Origin: the human T2T-CHM13v2.0 reference genome, Homo sapiens
Strand: one strand, 5' to 3'
Length of the DNA: 64,000 nt
Assembly (NCBI RefSeq): GCF_009914755.1
Contig: NC_060943.1
Below are positions 16,567 through 31,785 of this stretch, piece after piece (the first letter of the stretch is position 1; the number at the start of each line of letters is the position of its first letter). The translations under genes and the position numbers were made by a program. A model generated the notes under the pieces. The model did no database searches. It worked only from the letters and a program-made list of their open reading frames with translations, and was not told where the DNA came from.

Positions 16567-16819
16567 GTTTTTCTTTTTTTGAGATGGAGTTTCACTCTTG
16601 GTGCCCAGGCTGGAGTCCAATGGTGCGATCTCGGCTCTCAGCCTCCAAAATAGCTCGGATTACAGGCAGCCACCACCACGCCCAGCTAATTTTTTTGTAT
16701 TTAGTAGAGATGGGGTTTCACCATGTTAGTCAGGCTGGTCGCGAACTCCTGACCTCAGGTGATCCACCGCCTCAGACTCCCAAAGTGCTGGGATTACAGG
16801 TGTGCACCACCGTGCAGGC
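16567..16819 (-). mobile_element. Alu (AluS, internal deletion)
   Basis: Reverse Alu consensus. Confidence 0.88.
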
Positions 16820-17477
16820 AAGGGTTAGTTTTTCAAAGGAAGAGTGCAGGGGAGAGTCCTATCAGTCCAAGGGCATTCATCTGTTTCCATTGAGAGGCTA
16901 CACTCCATACCTCAGGTTGTTTTATGAAAGAAAATAACCCAGTAGATTATATTCACTAGACACTCGAGCAGACATAGCCATGGTAGATATATTGGTTTAT
17001 TCACAGAAACTACTGAAGCCCAGGACCAGAAAAAACTGAAGGTGGCTGAGGCCACATCACCCATAAAGTTTCCAAAGGGAAACCTTGACCCAAAAATATT
17101 CTGATACTATCTCTGTGCCTAGAGAAGATTTTTAAAAATGAGGCGAAAAGATTTTTTACAATATAGTATCAGGGAATTGTTCTTCTTTTTCTTCTCATAA
17201 AAAATATTTTCAAACAGAAAACGATTTTTTTAAGTGCCATTCAATGTCAAAAAATGCTTAGTTAAAATACAGTATCTAAAGTGTACAATAAAAGACAAAT
17301 AGTTGATAATGTGAATTAGAAAGGGGAAGCTGGCATTTGAGAATGTGAGAAGAAACTGGAAATTTAGTATTTTACTGCAAGTCATAGTTAGTCTGGAGGA
17401 ATGGGATGAGGGGTAGGCTTGAGACCCAGCTTGAGAGAACTGTGAAAAATGCAGGGGAAAATCAGTCCCCTGTGGAG

Positions 17478-18448
<971 letters not shown>

Positions 18449-18588
18449 TGAGCCGAGCTGGGGAAGGAGAACTCGGGGTGCAGATTGTGGAGCTGACTGC
18501 GGGGAGGCCTGAGTCCCGCCATAGCCATTTCCCACGGGTTCCAACCAGCCCCTTCCCCCTCTCGGGATGTCGCACCCGGAACTCTCAC

Positions 18589-18591
18589 CAT
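18589..18591 (-). CDS. Initiator ATG of the KRAB-ZNF protein (the only coding bases in the window; phase-0 donor at 18588)
   Basis: CCTAGAAATG|GTGAGA family-typical start and donor. Confidence 0.85.
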
Positions 18592-18770
18592 TTCTAGGCT
18601 TCCAGGGGGTCCTGGAGTCTTAGCTGTGGATCTCTCAATTTCTGCAGGTCACAGGCCCACAGAGGCTGGACCTCTAGGAGCAGAGGACACAGAGCAGTGA
18701 AAGCGAGACCTGGAGCTCCGGCTGCAGCGAGAGACAAAGGCGCCGCCAAATCCCGGAAGCCATCTTGTCT
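18589..18770 (-). other. Exon 1 (5'UTR plus ATG) of a ZNF91-subfamily KRAB zinc-finger gene; remaining exons are left of the window
   Basis: Minus strand reads GGGATTTGGCGGCGCCTTTGTCTCTCGCTGCAGCCGGAGCTCCAGGTCT...GAGATCCACAGCTAAGACTCCAGGACCCCCTGGAAGCCTAGAAATG|GTGAGA, the stereotyped 19p12 ZNF91-family first exon. ZNF675 would fit the layout from memory, but the paralog cannot be fixed without the coding exons. TSS is approximate. Confidence 0.9.
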
Positions 18771-18824
18771 GCTCCAGCTGCGTGCCTGATTGGACGGTTC
18801 CCAGCCCAGCGTGCCTGATTGGAC
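18753..18824 (-). promoter_or_regulatory. Core promoter: ETS/GABP (CCGGAAG 18753-18759), overlapping YY1 (GCCATCTT 18759-18766), two CCAAT boxes (18789-18793, 18818-18822)
   Basis: Motifs read directly; the CCAAT boxes sit in a 16-bp direct repeat GCGTGCCTGATTGGAC spaced 29 bp apart. Confidence 0.75.
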
Positions 18825-19119
18825 AACGTTTAAGGTCCTGAGTGACAGAAGATGTGATCAGACACTGGGCTGAGTGAAGACTGATAGCCTGCGCTGCAGC
18901 CTTTTCAGCCGGGGCTTCCTCTTTTAGCTGAGCCAGGCCCATCCCATAGGGTATTTGTATTTAACCTTGTGTATAAGGTCATATACATTTATAAATGATA
19001 TATGGCTACTCACAAAGAAAAATAATATAATAATAATTATTTTAGAATTTAAGATTTTATGACCTTCCTGGCTTCTGGTCCTTTGAGTAGGCAGCCTGAG
19101 AATTTTAAAAAGAGTCAAT

Positions 19120-19357
19120 CCTCAAATAAAATGTGAGCCACATGTGAATTTAAAATTTTCTAGTAGTCAAACTTTAAAAAGAAAAAAACAAGTGGAATTG
19201 ATTGTAACAATCTAACCCAATATATCCAAAGTACTATCATTTTAGTATGAGAGCAATATGAAATTATTGATGAAATACACACATATATGTATATATGTGT
19301 ATATACACACATATATGTATATGTGTGTATATACACACATATATGTATATATGTGTG

Positions 19358-19400
<43 letters not shown>

Positions 19401-19520
19401 GGAACTAAATCTTTGAAAATAACTCTATTTTACCTAACACATTGCAATTCAGACCAGCCACATTCCAGGCACCCAGTAGCCACACGTGGCCAATAGCTGC
19501 CACATTAAAATGCAGCTCTG
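19120..19520. mobile_element. MER33-like hAT-Charlie DNA transposon split by a microsatellite
   Basis: aatgtgagccacat..aattttctagtag..aacccaatatatccaaa / gaccagccacatt..tagccacacgtggc. Confidence 0.7.
19276..19400. repeat. Compound (TA/TG/CA)n microsatellite ending in a long pure (CA) run
   Basis: Direct inspection. Confidence 0.95.
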
Positions 19521-20039
19521 ATGTCAGGGGGGTGAAGAAGAGCCTGAACATCCCTTTTTTGCCAGAGGTGAGGGGACAGCCTCTCTCTACCAACATCTCT
19601 CTTCAATTCCAAGGAAAAAACAGTTAGTGACCATAGAAAGAACAGAGGACAGATAGAATAAAATAACCACAGGTCGACCTGTGGTTACCTCTGGTTATTT
19701 TATTAACTACTGCTGCCCACCTGTTGCTCACCTTAATTCCAAACATCAGACAGTGAACAAAGAATGATGAAGCCACAAAACAAGAAAACTCTGTATCTTC
19801 AGATCTGTCCACAGTCTTAACCTCCAATGTTTAGATATGGAGAAAATAGATTAAAGGCAAACTTATTTTGCTATTTGGCCTTGGCCCTAACGGTCAGCCT
19901 GTAGTTATCTGTTTTCTCCTGTGGTGTGGTGAACTGTGTGAGTATAAGCACCAATCACACGCAGACATGTCTACATGTATTTTTGCATTATTCAATATTC
20001 TCTTACAAGACATAAGACTTTAAGTCAAGAATAAAGGTA

Positions 20040-20540
20040 ATGTGAGTCTTTTTTCTTGCATTGGCGCTACCCACAGGGTGCATCATGACATATTGCTAAG
20101 TTCTGCATTCAGGTTATGTGGCTCTCTTCTTTTACCCAGGCCCAGAATATTTTGCACAATAGAACATATTACTAGGCCCAACATATATAAAATGGGAGCC
20201 CTTGCCTGAGCCTTTTTTACAGAGGGCCTTGTGACATATCTCTGCATCAATCACCTAAGAGATGCAACTGTCCATTTTTCCCTGCACTCTGCCCACAGGA
20301 AAAATTGTGACTTATCATTAAGCCTAGGTAGCAGGTGATGTGTCTCTCCTGCCTGGGCCTTGAGCCACAGAAAGCATTGTTACCTATTGCTGGGCTCAGC
20401 ACCCAGGTGATGTGACTCTGCTGCCTGTGTCCTGCTGTCAGGAGAAGGTTGTAACATATTCCTGACTGAGTATTTAGGTGATGTGACACTCCTGTCTGGT
20501 CCCTGCCCTCAGAAAATATTGTGACATATTCCTGGCCCAA
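20040..20540. repeat. Degenerate beta-satellite (BSR/Beta) array, about 7 units of 70-76 bp
   Basis: t(g/a/t)acatat-like core recurs at 20086, 20162, 20232, 20308, 20380, 20452 and 20522; aggtgatgtg(a/t)c motif in the later units. Confidence 0.85.
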
Positions 20541-20853
20541 GTATGAGAGTCAACATGTCCTTCGGGAACACTTCAGGACCTTTAACCTTGGGTACATCAT
20601 CTCACAATTCAGAAGGGCCCTTCCAAACTCAGGAATGAGCAAGTGGCTGTTGGCTGTCTAGGTTCTCCATGAGTTCACATTTATTACTGAATTTATGTCT
20701 GCTTAAATATCAGGTTTGTTTCTTCAATTTAGTTGTATAACACTAATAACTGACGGGTAATCATAGGTAATCTGACTTGAATCACAAAGTTTATTCAAAT
20801 GGCATATCTAAAAAATTTTAGTACTGGTTTATTTAACACAAAAATGTGTCAGA

Positions 20854-21304
<451 letters not shown>

Positions 21305-21659
21305 CTATTTTCATCTTTTCATGAATCTCCTTACAGACACAGTACTCTAGGATTTTGCATGTTTTTGAAGTTTGTAGAAACTACATCAGAATTAAACCAT
21401 TAACTGTAGAAATGACTTCAAATAATTATAAAGAAACAAATGAAACAAACTTATTATGTCTGTGACCTGCAATAACTTATCATAACCATAATTATGACTA
21501 ATAGCTTATACTCAGATATATAAGATTTTTAGAAATTTCATAATATTATGAAATAAATGTTAATATATATTAAAATAGAAGTTGAAGAAGATCAAACATT
21601 ATCTTTAATTCAACAATGCTTTTCATGTAATTTAACATATCAAATAATTACGTTTTTTA

Positions 21660-22045
<386 letters not shown>

Positions 22046-22362
22046 TCAAGAGAAAATTGTTATACTTTTTAATTAGTGTATTATCAATGGTAAAGCTAAT
22101 TTTAATAAAACCTTACAAGTAAATTCATCAAATTTGTCATTTTTGGCCAATCTAGATTTCCATAAATATGTTATAATCTCTCATAATCATTTAAACTTTT
22201 TATATTTTATTTTTATCTACTATTTTATTTTTTCAATTTGACACAACCATTAAGTAATTTCAAACTACACTAAATGTTTCTAACTTCCTTCATCAAAAGC
22301 ATTTTTTGCTTTCGTTTCTACACTCTATGCAGAATTGTTTTTCATACATCTAATTGATTTAA

Positions 22363-22674
<312 letters not shown>

Positions 22675-22844
22675 TCATTAACTCTTAACAACCTTTTAGT
22701 GAAATTCCTAGGAAGCAATTTTGAACTGTTTCAGTATTTGTAGACAAAATTTATTTTATATTTTAAATAAATATTTTTAAAATGTTTTTAAAATAACAAA
22801 TCTAAATATATTTAGCTTTTTTATATTACATAAAAATAAGATTC

Positions 22845-23134
22845 TGATCAGGCATGGTGTCTCATGCTTGTAATTCCAGCACTTTGGGAGACCAAGACAG
22901 GAAGGCTGTTTAAGCCCAAGAATTCAAGTCCAGCTGGGGCAACATGGCAAAATCCCATGTCTACAAAAAATACAAGAATTAGCTGGGCATGGTTGCCTGC
23001 ACCTGTAATACCAGCTATTCAGGAGGCTGAGGTAGGAGGACTGCCTGAGTCCAGAAAGTTGAGGCTGCAGTGATCCATGATGAAGCTATTGCACCCCATC
23101 CTAAGTAATAGAGTGAGAACCTTTCTTTAAAAAA
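22845..23134 (+). mobile_element. Alu (old, AluJ-like)
   Basis: Highly diverged; AGCCCAAGAATTCAAG and GAGGCTGCAGTGA features. Confidence 0.8.
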
Positions 23135-23519
23135 GGCCAAAGCACATGAACTTAATGTTATGGGGTTTTTTTTGGTTTATTATTATTATTATTTTAATAG
23201 TTTTGGGGGTACAGGTTATGTTTGGTTACATGGATAAGTTGTTTAGTCGTAATTTCTGAGATTTTGGTGCACCCATCTCCTGAGTAGTGTACACTGTATC
23301 CAATGTGTAGTCTTTCATCTCTCACCCACCTCCTGCCCTTCCACCTGAGTCCCCAGAGTTCTGTGTATAATTCTTATGCCTTTGCATAAGAGCTTAGCTC
23401 CCACTATTTGGTTTTTCATTTCTGAGTTACTTCACTTAGAATAATTGTCTCCAACTCCATCCAGGTTGCTTCAAATGCCAATATTTTGTTCCTTTCTTGA
23501 CTGAGTAGTATTTCATTGT

Positions 23520-23530
23520 TTGTGTGCGTT

Positions 23531-23564
<34 letters not shown>

Positions 23565-23636
23565 GTGATATATATGTGTGTATATATATAATGTGAAATA
23601 TACATATATATATATATATATGCACACATATATATC
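23520..23636. repeat. (TG)n(TA)n compound microsatellite in the L1 3'UTR
   Basis: Direct inspection. Confidence 0.9.
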
Positions 23637-23816
23637 ACATTTCTTTATCCACTCATTGGTTGATACGAATTTAGGCTGGTTCTGTATTTTTACAATTGCA
23701 AATTATGCTGCTGCAAACATGTGTGTGCATGTGTCTTTTTAATATAATGATTTCTTTTTGTGTGTGTAGATACCCAGCAGTGGGACTGCTGGATCAAATG
23801 ATAGTTCTATCTTTAG

Positions 23817-24125
<309 letters not shown>

Positions 24126-24279
24126 CTACCTTTAGTTCTTTAAAAAATCTTCATACTGTTTTTCTCTAGTGGTTGTACTAGTTTACATTCCCACCAGCAG
24201 TGTAAAAGTGCTTTTGTTTCACCACATTTCTGTCAACAGCTAGTATTTTTAAATTTTTTAATTAAGACCATTCTTGTAG

Positions 24280-25178
24280 TGTGGGGAAAAGCAAGAGAGA
24301 TCAGATTGTTACTGTGTCTGTGTAGAAAGAAGTAGACATAGGAGACTCCATTTTGTTCTGTACTAAGAAAAATTCTTCTGCCTTGAGATTCTGTTAATCT
24401 ATGACCTTACTCCCAACCCCGTGCTCTCTGAAACATGTGCTGTGTCAAACTCAGGGTTAAATGGATTAAGCGTTGTGCAAGATGTGTTTTGTTAAACAGA
24501 TGGTTGAAGGCAGCATGCTCCTTAAGAGTCATCACCACTCCCTAATCTCAAGTACCCAGGGACACAAAAACTGCAGAAGGCCGCAGGGACCTCTGCCTAG
24601 GAAAGCCAGGTATTGTCCAAGGTTTCTCCCCATGTGATAGTCTGAAATTTGGCCTCCTGGGAAGGGAAAGACCTGACCGTCCCCCAGCCCGAGGAAGGCA
24701 TCTGTCTCCTGCCCGTCCCTGGGCAATGGAATGTCTTGGTATAAAACCCGATTGCACGTTCCATCTACTGAGATGGGGAAAAACTGCCTTAGGGCTGGAG
24801 GTGGGACATGCGGGCAGCAATACTGCTTTGTAAAGCATTGAGATGTTTATGTGTATGCATATCTAAAAGCACAGCACTTGATTCTTTACCTTGTCTATGA
24901 ATGCAAAGACCTTTGTTCACGTGTTTGTCTGCTGACCCTCTCCCCACTATTGTCTTGTGACCCTGACACATCCCCCTCTCAGAGAAACACCCACGAATGA
25001 TCAATAAATACTAAGGGAACTCAGAAGCTGGCGGGATCCTCCATATGCTGAACGCTGGTTCCCTGGGTCCCCTTATTTCTTTCTCTATACTTTGTCTCTG
25101 TGTCTTTTTCTTTTCCAAGTCTCTCGTTCCACCTAACAAGAAACACCCACAGGTGTGGAGGGGCAACCCACCCCTTCA
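24280..25178 (+). mobile_element. HERV-K(HML-2) solo LTR, LTR5_Hs-like, with an internal deletion of about 70 bp
   Basis: Starts TGTGGGGAAAAGCAAGAGAGATCAG and ends GGGCAACCCACCCCTTCA; perfect 6-bp TSD TTGTAG; TATAAAA near 24740, AATAAA near 25003, ATGCAAAG at 24901. Confidence 0.93.
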
Positions 25179-26713
25179 TTGTAGGAGTAAGGTGGTATCA
25201 CATTGTGGTTTTGATTTGCATTTCCCTGATAGCTAGTGATGTTTAGCATGTTTTTATATGTTTGTTGGCCATTTGTATATCTCCTTTTGAGAGTTGTTTA
25301 TTCATGTTTTTAGCTTACTGTTTCATGGGATTTTTTTTTTCTGATTCTTTTGAGTTCCTTGTAGATTCAGAATATTTTTCTTTTGTTGGATGAATAGACT
25401 GTGAAGATTTTCTCCCACTTGGCGGCTTGTAAGTTTACTTTGCTGATTATTTCTATTGTGGTCAAGAAGGTTTCTGGTTTAATTAAGTCCCATTTATTTT
25501 TCTTTGTTTTTGTTTTATTTGCTTTTGGGTTCTTGGTCATGCACTATTTGCCTAAGCCAATGTCTAGAACAGTTTTTCTGATGTTAGCTTCTACAATGTT
25601 TACAGTTTCAAGTTTTAGATGTAAATATTTTCTCCATATTGAGTTAATTTTTGTATAAGATAAGAGATGAAGATTCAGTTTTATTCTTCCACATGTGGTT
25701 TGCCAATTATCCCAGCAGCATTTGTTGAATAGGGTGTCCTTTTCCTACCTTACGTATTTATTTACTTTCTCAAAGATCAGTTGGCTGCAAGTATTTGGCT
25801 TTATTTCTGAGTTCACTATTCTGTTCTATTTGTCTGTGTGTCTACTTTCATACCAGTAGCATGTTGTTTTGGTAACTATAGCCTGGTAGTATAGTTTGAA
25901 GTTAGGTAATGTGATGCCTCTGATTTTTTACTTTTTGCTTAGTCTTGCTTTGGCTATGTGGGCTTTTTTTAGGCTCTATATGAATTTTAGGATTTTTTTT
26001 TCCTAATTCTGTGAAGAACGATGGTGGCATTTTGACAAAAACTGACATGTAGAATGCTTTCGTCAGTATGGTCATTTTTACAATATTGACACTACCTATC
26101 CATGAGCATGGGATATGTTTCCATTTGTTTGTGATATCTATGGTTTCTTTAAGCAGTGTTTTGTAATTTTCTTTGTAGATGTATTTCACCTCCTTGGTTA
26201 GGTATATTTCTAATTATTTTATTTTTTTGCAGGTTTTTGCAACGAGTTGAGTTCTTGATTCGATTTTCAGCTTGGTAGCTGTTGGTGTATAGCAGTGGTG
26301 CCGATTTGTATACATTGATTTTGTATTCTGAAAGTTTACTGAATGTATTCATTAGATCTAGAAGCTTTTTAATAAATCTCTAGGGTTTTCTAGGTATAAA
26401 ATCATGAATTCAGAAAACAGTGACAGCTTGACTTCCTCTTTACAGATTTGAATGCAATTTATTTATTTATTTTTATTGTCTAATTGCTCCAGCTAGGATT
26501 TCCAGCACTATGTTGAATAGAAGTGATGTAAGTGACCATTCTTGTCTTGTTCCAGTTGTCAGGAAGAAAGTTTTAATTTTTCCTCATTCAGTATAATGTT
26601 GGCCATGGATTTGTCACAGATGGCTTTTATTACCTTAAGGTATGTACCCCCGTGCCGATTTTGCTGAGAGTTTCAATCATAAAAAGATGCTGGATTTTAA
26701 ATATGTTTTTCTC

Positions 26714-27005
26714 GTCTGAGTGTGGTGGCTTATGTGTGTAATCCTGGCAGCTTGGGAGGCCAAGACTGGTGGGTTGCCCGAGCTCAGGAGTTCAAGACTA
26801 GCCTGGGCAACATGGTGAAACTCTTTCTTTACCAAAATACAAAAAATTAGCTGAGTGTAGTGGCGCACACCTGTACTTTTAATTTTAGCTACTTGGGAGG
26901 CCGAGGCATGAGAATCTCTTGAACCCGGGAGGCAGAAGTTTCAGTGAGCCAAGATCATGTCACTGCACTGCAGTGCAGGTGACAGAGATTTCATCTGAAG
27001 GAAAA
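26714..27005 (+). mobile_element. Alu (diverged, AluS/J) in L1
   Basis: Alu consensus, diverged. Confidence 0.85.
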
Positions 27006-28715
27006 ACAAATGTTATTCTGCATCTGTTGAGATGATCATATGGTTTTTGTTTTTAATTCTGCTTATGTGAGGTATCACATTTGTTGACTTACGTATGTTA
27101 AACCACCCCTACATCCCTGGTATAAAATGCACCTGATCATGGTGTATTATTATTTGATATGCTGTTGTATTTGGTTAGCTAGTATTTTGTTAAGAATTTT
27201 TGCATCTATGTTCATCAGGAATATTAGTGTGTAGTTTTGTGCTATGTTCTTTCCTGGTTTTGGTATTAGGGTGATACTGGCTTCATGGAATGATTTAGGA
27301 AAGATATCCTCTTTCTCTATTTTTGAAATAGTTTTATTTAGGTTGGTACCAATTCTTCCTTAAATGCCTCATAGAATTCAGCTGTGAATCCATCTGGTCC
27401 TGGACTTTTTTTTTTTTTTTTTGGAAATTTTTTATTACTGTTTCAATCTCACTACTTGTTATTGGTCTATGCAGAGTTTCTACTTCTTTCTGGTTTAATC
27501 AAAGAGGGTTGTACATTTCCAGGAATTTATCCAGCTCCTCTAGGTTTCCTAGTTTGTGCATGTAAAAGTATTCATAGTAGCCATGAATTATCTTTTGTAT
27601 TTCTGTGGTACTGGTTGTAATATCTCACATTTTGTTTCTAATTGAGCTTATTTAGATGTTCTTTCTTCTTTTCTTGGTTAATCTCACTAATGGTCTATTA
27701 ATTTTGGTTATCTTTTAAAAAACAAATTTTTGTTTCATTTGTCTTTTGTGCTATTTAAAATTTCAATTATGTTAATTCTTCTCTGATTATTGTTTGTTTT
27801 TTTGTTTGTTTGTTTGTTTTTGTTTTTTGCTGGGTTAGGGTTTGGTTTGTTCTTGTTTCTCTAGTTCCCTGAGGTGTGAGGTTAGATTTTCAATTTGTGC
27901 CCTTTCAGACTTTTTGATGTAGGCATTTAATGCTATGAACTTTCCTCTTAGCACCACTTCCGCTGTATTCCAGAGGTTTTGATAGGTTGTGCCACTACTA
28001 TTGTTTAGTTATAAAAAAATTTAAATTTCCATCTTGACTTCATTGCTGACACAACAATTATTCAAGAGCAGGTTATGTAATTTCCATGCATTTGCATGGT
28101 TTTGAGGATTTATTTTGGAGTTGATTTCCAATTTTATTCCAATGTGGCCTGAGAGAATACTTGACATAATTTTGATTTTCTTAAATTTGGTGAGACTTGT
28201 TTTGTAGCCTAATTATATGGTCTATTTTGGATAATGTTTTATGTGCTAATAAATAGAATGTATATTCTTCAGTTGTTGAGTAGAATGTTTTGTAAATATC
28301 TGTTAAGTCAATTTATTATAGAGTATAGTTTAAATTCACTGTATCTTAGTTGACTTTCTGTCTAGATGACCTTTCTAGTATTGTCAGTGGGGTATTAAAG
28401 TACCCCATTATTATTTTCTTGCTCTCTATCTCCTTTCTTATGCCTAGCAGAAATTGTTTTATAAATTTGGGAGCTCCAGTGTTAGGTGCATATGGATTTA
28501 GAATTGTGATGTCTTCCTGTTTGGACTAGTTCTTTTACTATTATATAATGTTATTCTTTGTTTTTTTGTTTTGTTTTGTTTTTTACCATTGTTGCTTTAA
28601 AGTCTGTTTTGTCTGCTATGAGAATAGCTACTCCTCCTTACTTTTTGTTTCCATTTGCATAGAATATCTTTTTCCATTTCTTTGCCTTAAGTTTATTTGA
28701 GTTTTTATTTGTTAG

Positions 28716-29050
<335 letters not shown>

Positions 29051-31785
29051 ATAAATTTTTATTTATTCTGCCATTCTGCATCTTTTAAGTAGAGCATTTA
29101 GGTTATTGACATTTAATGTTAGTTTTGAGATGTGAGGTACTGCTGTATTCATCAGGTTAGCTGTTGCCTGCATATCTTTGAGTTTTTTTGTTATTGTTTT
29201 ATAGGCCTTGTGAGACTTATGCATTAAGGAGGTACTATTTTGGTGTATTTTGAGGTTTTGTTTCAAGATTTAGAAGTTCTTTTAGCATTTCTTCTATTGC
29301 TGGCTTGGTACTGGTAAATCCTCTCAACACTTGTTTTTCTGAAAATGACTTTATCTCTCCTTCATTTATGAAGCTTACCCTCACTGGATACAACATTCTT
29401 GGCTAAAAATTGTGTTGTTTACGGAGGCTAAAGACAGGACTCCAGTCCCTTCTTTCTTGTAGGGTTTCTGCTGAGTAAACTGTGTTAATCTGGTAAGTTT
29501 TGTTTATAGGGTACCTAATGCTTTTCCTCACAGCTCTTATGATTCTTTTCTTCATCATGAATTTAGATAACCTAATGACTACATGAATAGGTGATGATCT
29601 TTTTGTGATAAATTTTCCAAGTGTTTTTTGGCTTCTTGTGTTTGGATGTCTAGATCATTAGCAAGGCCTGAGAATTTTTTCTCAATTATTCACTCAAATA
29701 AAATTTCCAAACATGTAAATTTATCTTTTTGTTTTTTTCAGGACCACCAATTACTCCTAGGTTTGGTCATTTAACATAATCCCAATTTTCTTAGAGGCTT
29801 TGTTCATTTTGTTGATTCTTTCTTCTTTGTCTTTGCCAGACTGATTTAATCTGAAAGACTTTTCTTCAAGCTCTGAAGTTCTTTCTTCGACTTGTTGTAG
29901 TCTATTGTTTAAACTTTCCAGTTTATTTTGTATTTCTGTAAGTGTGTCTTTCATTTCCAGAAGTGGTGATTGTTTTTTAATTTATAGTATTTATTCCTTT
30001 GGAAATTTTTAAATTCATATCTTGTATTAATTTTTTAAATTTCTTTAAGCTGGTTTTCTTGTTCCTCTGGTTTCTCTAGTAGCTTAATAATCAACTTTCT
30101 CAATTTATTTTCTGGCAACTCAGACAGTTCTTCTTGGTTTAGAATGATTATAGAAGAGCTAGTGCAATATTCTGGGGTTGTTATAGAACCTTGTTTTGTC
30201 ATATTGGAATTACTTCTCTGGTTTCTTCTCATTTGGCTAGACTATTTCAGTGGAAAGATCTTGGACTCAAAGGCTCCTGTTCAGATTCTTCTGTCCCATG
30301 GAGTGATTTCTTGATGTGGTGCTTTCTCACTTTTCCTAGGGATGGGCTTTCTGCAAGTCAGACTACAGTGATTGTTATTGTTCTTCTGGGACTAGTAAAC
30401 CAGTGGAGCTCTACAGCTCCAGGCTGATATTGAGGAATGTCTACAAAGTGTCCTGTGATGTAATCTGTCTTCAGGTCTCTCAGCCATGAATACCAGCACC
30501 TGCTTCAGTGGAGGTGGCAGGGAAGTGAAGTTGACTGTGTGAGAGACCTTGGTTGTAGTTTTATTTAGTGCATTGGTTTTCTCAATTGCTTGTTATGCAA
30601 GCAGTGAATTTGTCATGTGGACAGACTCAGGACCTCTGGTTAGCCAGGATGTTACAGGTGGTGGAATTAGTTTTTCTTTTTTTTTTTCTTTGGAGCAGGG
30701 CTGTTCTGTTACGAGTCGCTGTTATGGCTTGTGTCAGTTGGCCTCCAGCCAAAAGGTGGTGCTTTCAGGAGAACACCAGCTGTGGTAGTAGAAAGGGGGT
30801 ATAGACTTGCCCTAGTTAACCAGGATACCCGTTCAGGATTCTCAGGTGATGGGTGGGACCATAGATCTTCCAAAAGTTAATTTATTTTGCCTTCGGCTAC
30901 CAGGTTGAGTAGAGAAAAATCATCAGGCAGAGGCAGGATTAGACCGGTCTGAGCTCAGACTCTCAGGGGGTGTGGCTTGCTGCAGCCACTGTTGGAGGAG
31001 AGGTGGTTCTCAAGCCAATGGAGTTATGTTTTAAGGGAGGTTATGGCTGCCTTTGCTGCTTCATACAAAGCACCAAGAAAAGCGAGAAAAAGCTGGCAGT
31101 GGCAGGCCTCACCCAGCTCCCATGCAGCCAGCAAGGCCTGTCTCATTCCATTCCCACCCTGTCCTGCCAAAAGCATGGAGTTTATATCAAGGCAGCCAGC
31201 GTGCAGAGTTGAGATCTTGCCCCAGGCTACATGCCTATCCCTGAGAAAGTCAGAAAGGCTTTCAGGCTTCACCCCTCCCCACCTGCCCACACACTTAGCT
31301 GCACAGCTTCTGTGCTTATATCTGCACTTCCTATTCACTTCTGCAGACTCTGCGCAGTAAAATTTATGCTTGGTCAAAATTATTGCACAGTTCACTAAAA
31401 GCTTTTTTTATTTTTTTGGCCCCTCCCTAATTCTGCTGGCTGCCTTTCACAAAGACCCTTGTGAGATAAAGTCAGGTATGACTCTTTTGGTCATGAGCTG
31501 GGGACTGGGAATGCCTATGGGCTCTTTCCCTGGCTTCTTCTTTTATATTTCACTCAGCTCCCTAAATTCATTTCAGCTCTAGGTAAGGTTAAATACATTT
31601 CCTTTGATCTGGATTTTTCAGGTCCCCCTGTGGGGATGTGTGTTCAAAGGTAGACTTTCTTTCTCTTACACTTTGGGGAACTCACAGTTCTTCAGCTGTG
31701 TCACAGAGTTTGCAGTAACAAGCTGCTTTTTTCAAAGGGTCTGTGAAATCTTTTGTTTTTTCCTGGTATGTTCCTGCAGTGGTTA

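Noticed and set aside
19160-19496. Cys/His/Tyr-rich ORFs (also 23416-23627)
   Set aside because: Translations of CA/TA/TG microsatellites, not zinc fingers.
20040-20540. CRISPR-like repeat-spacer array
   Set aside because: Primate DNA; whole units are degenerate copies (beta-satellite) with no unique spacers or cas genes.
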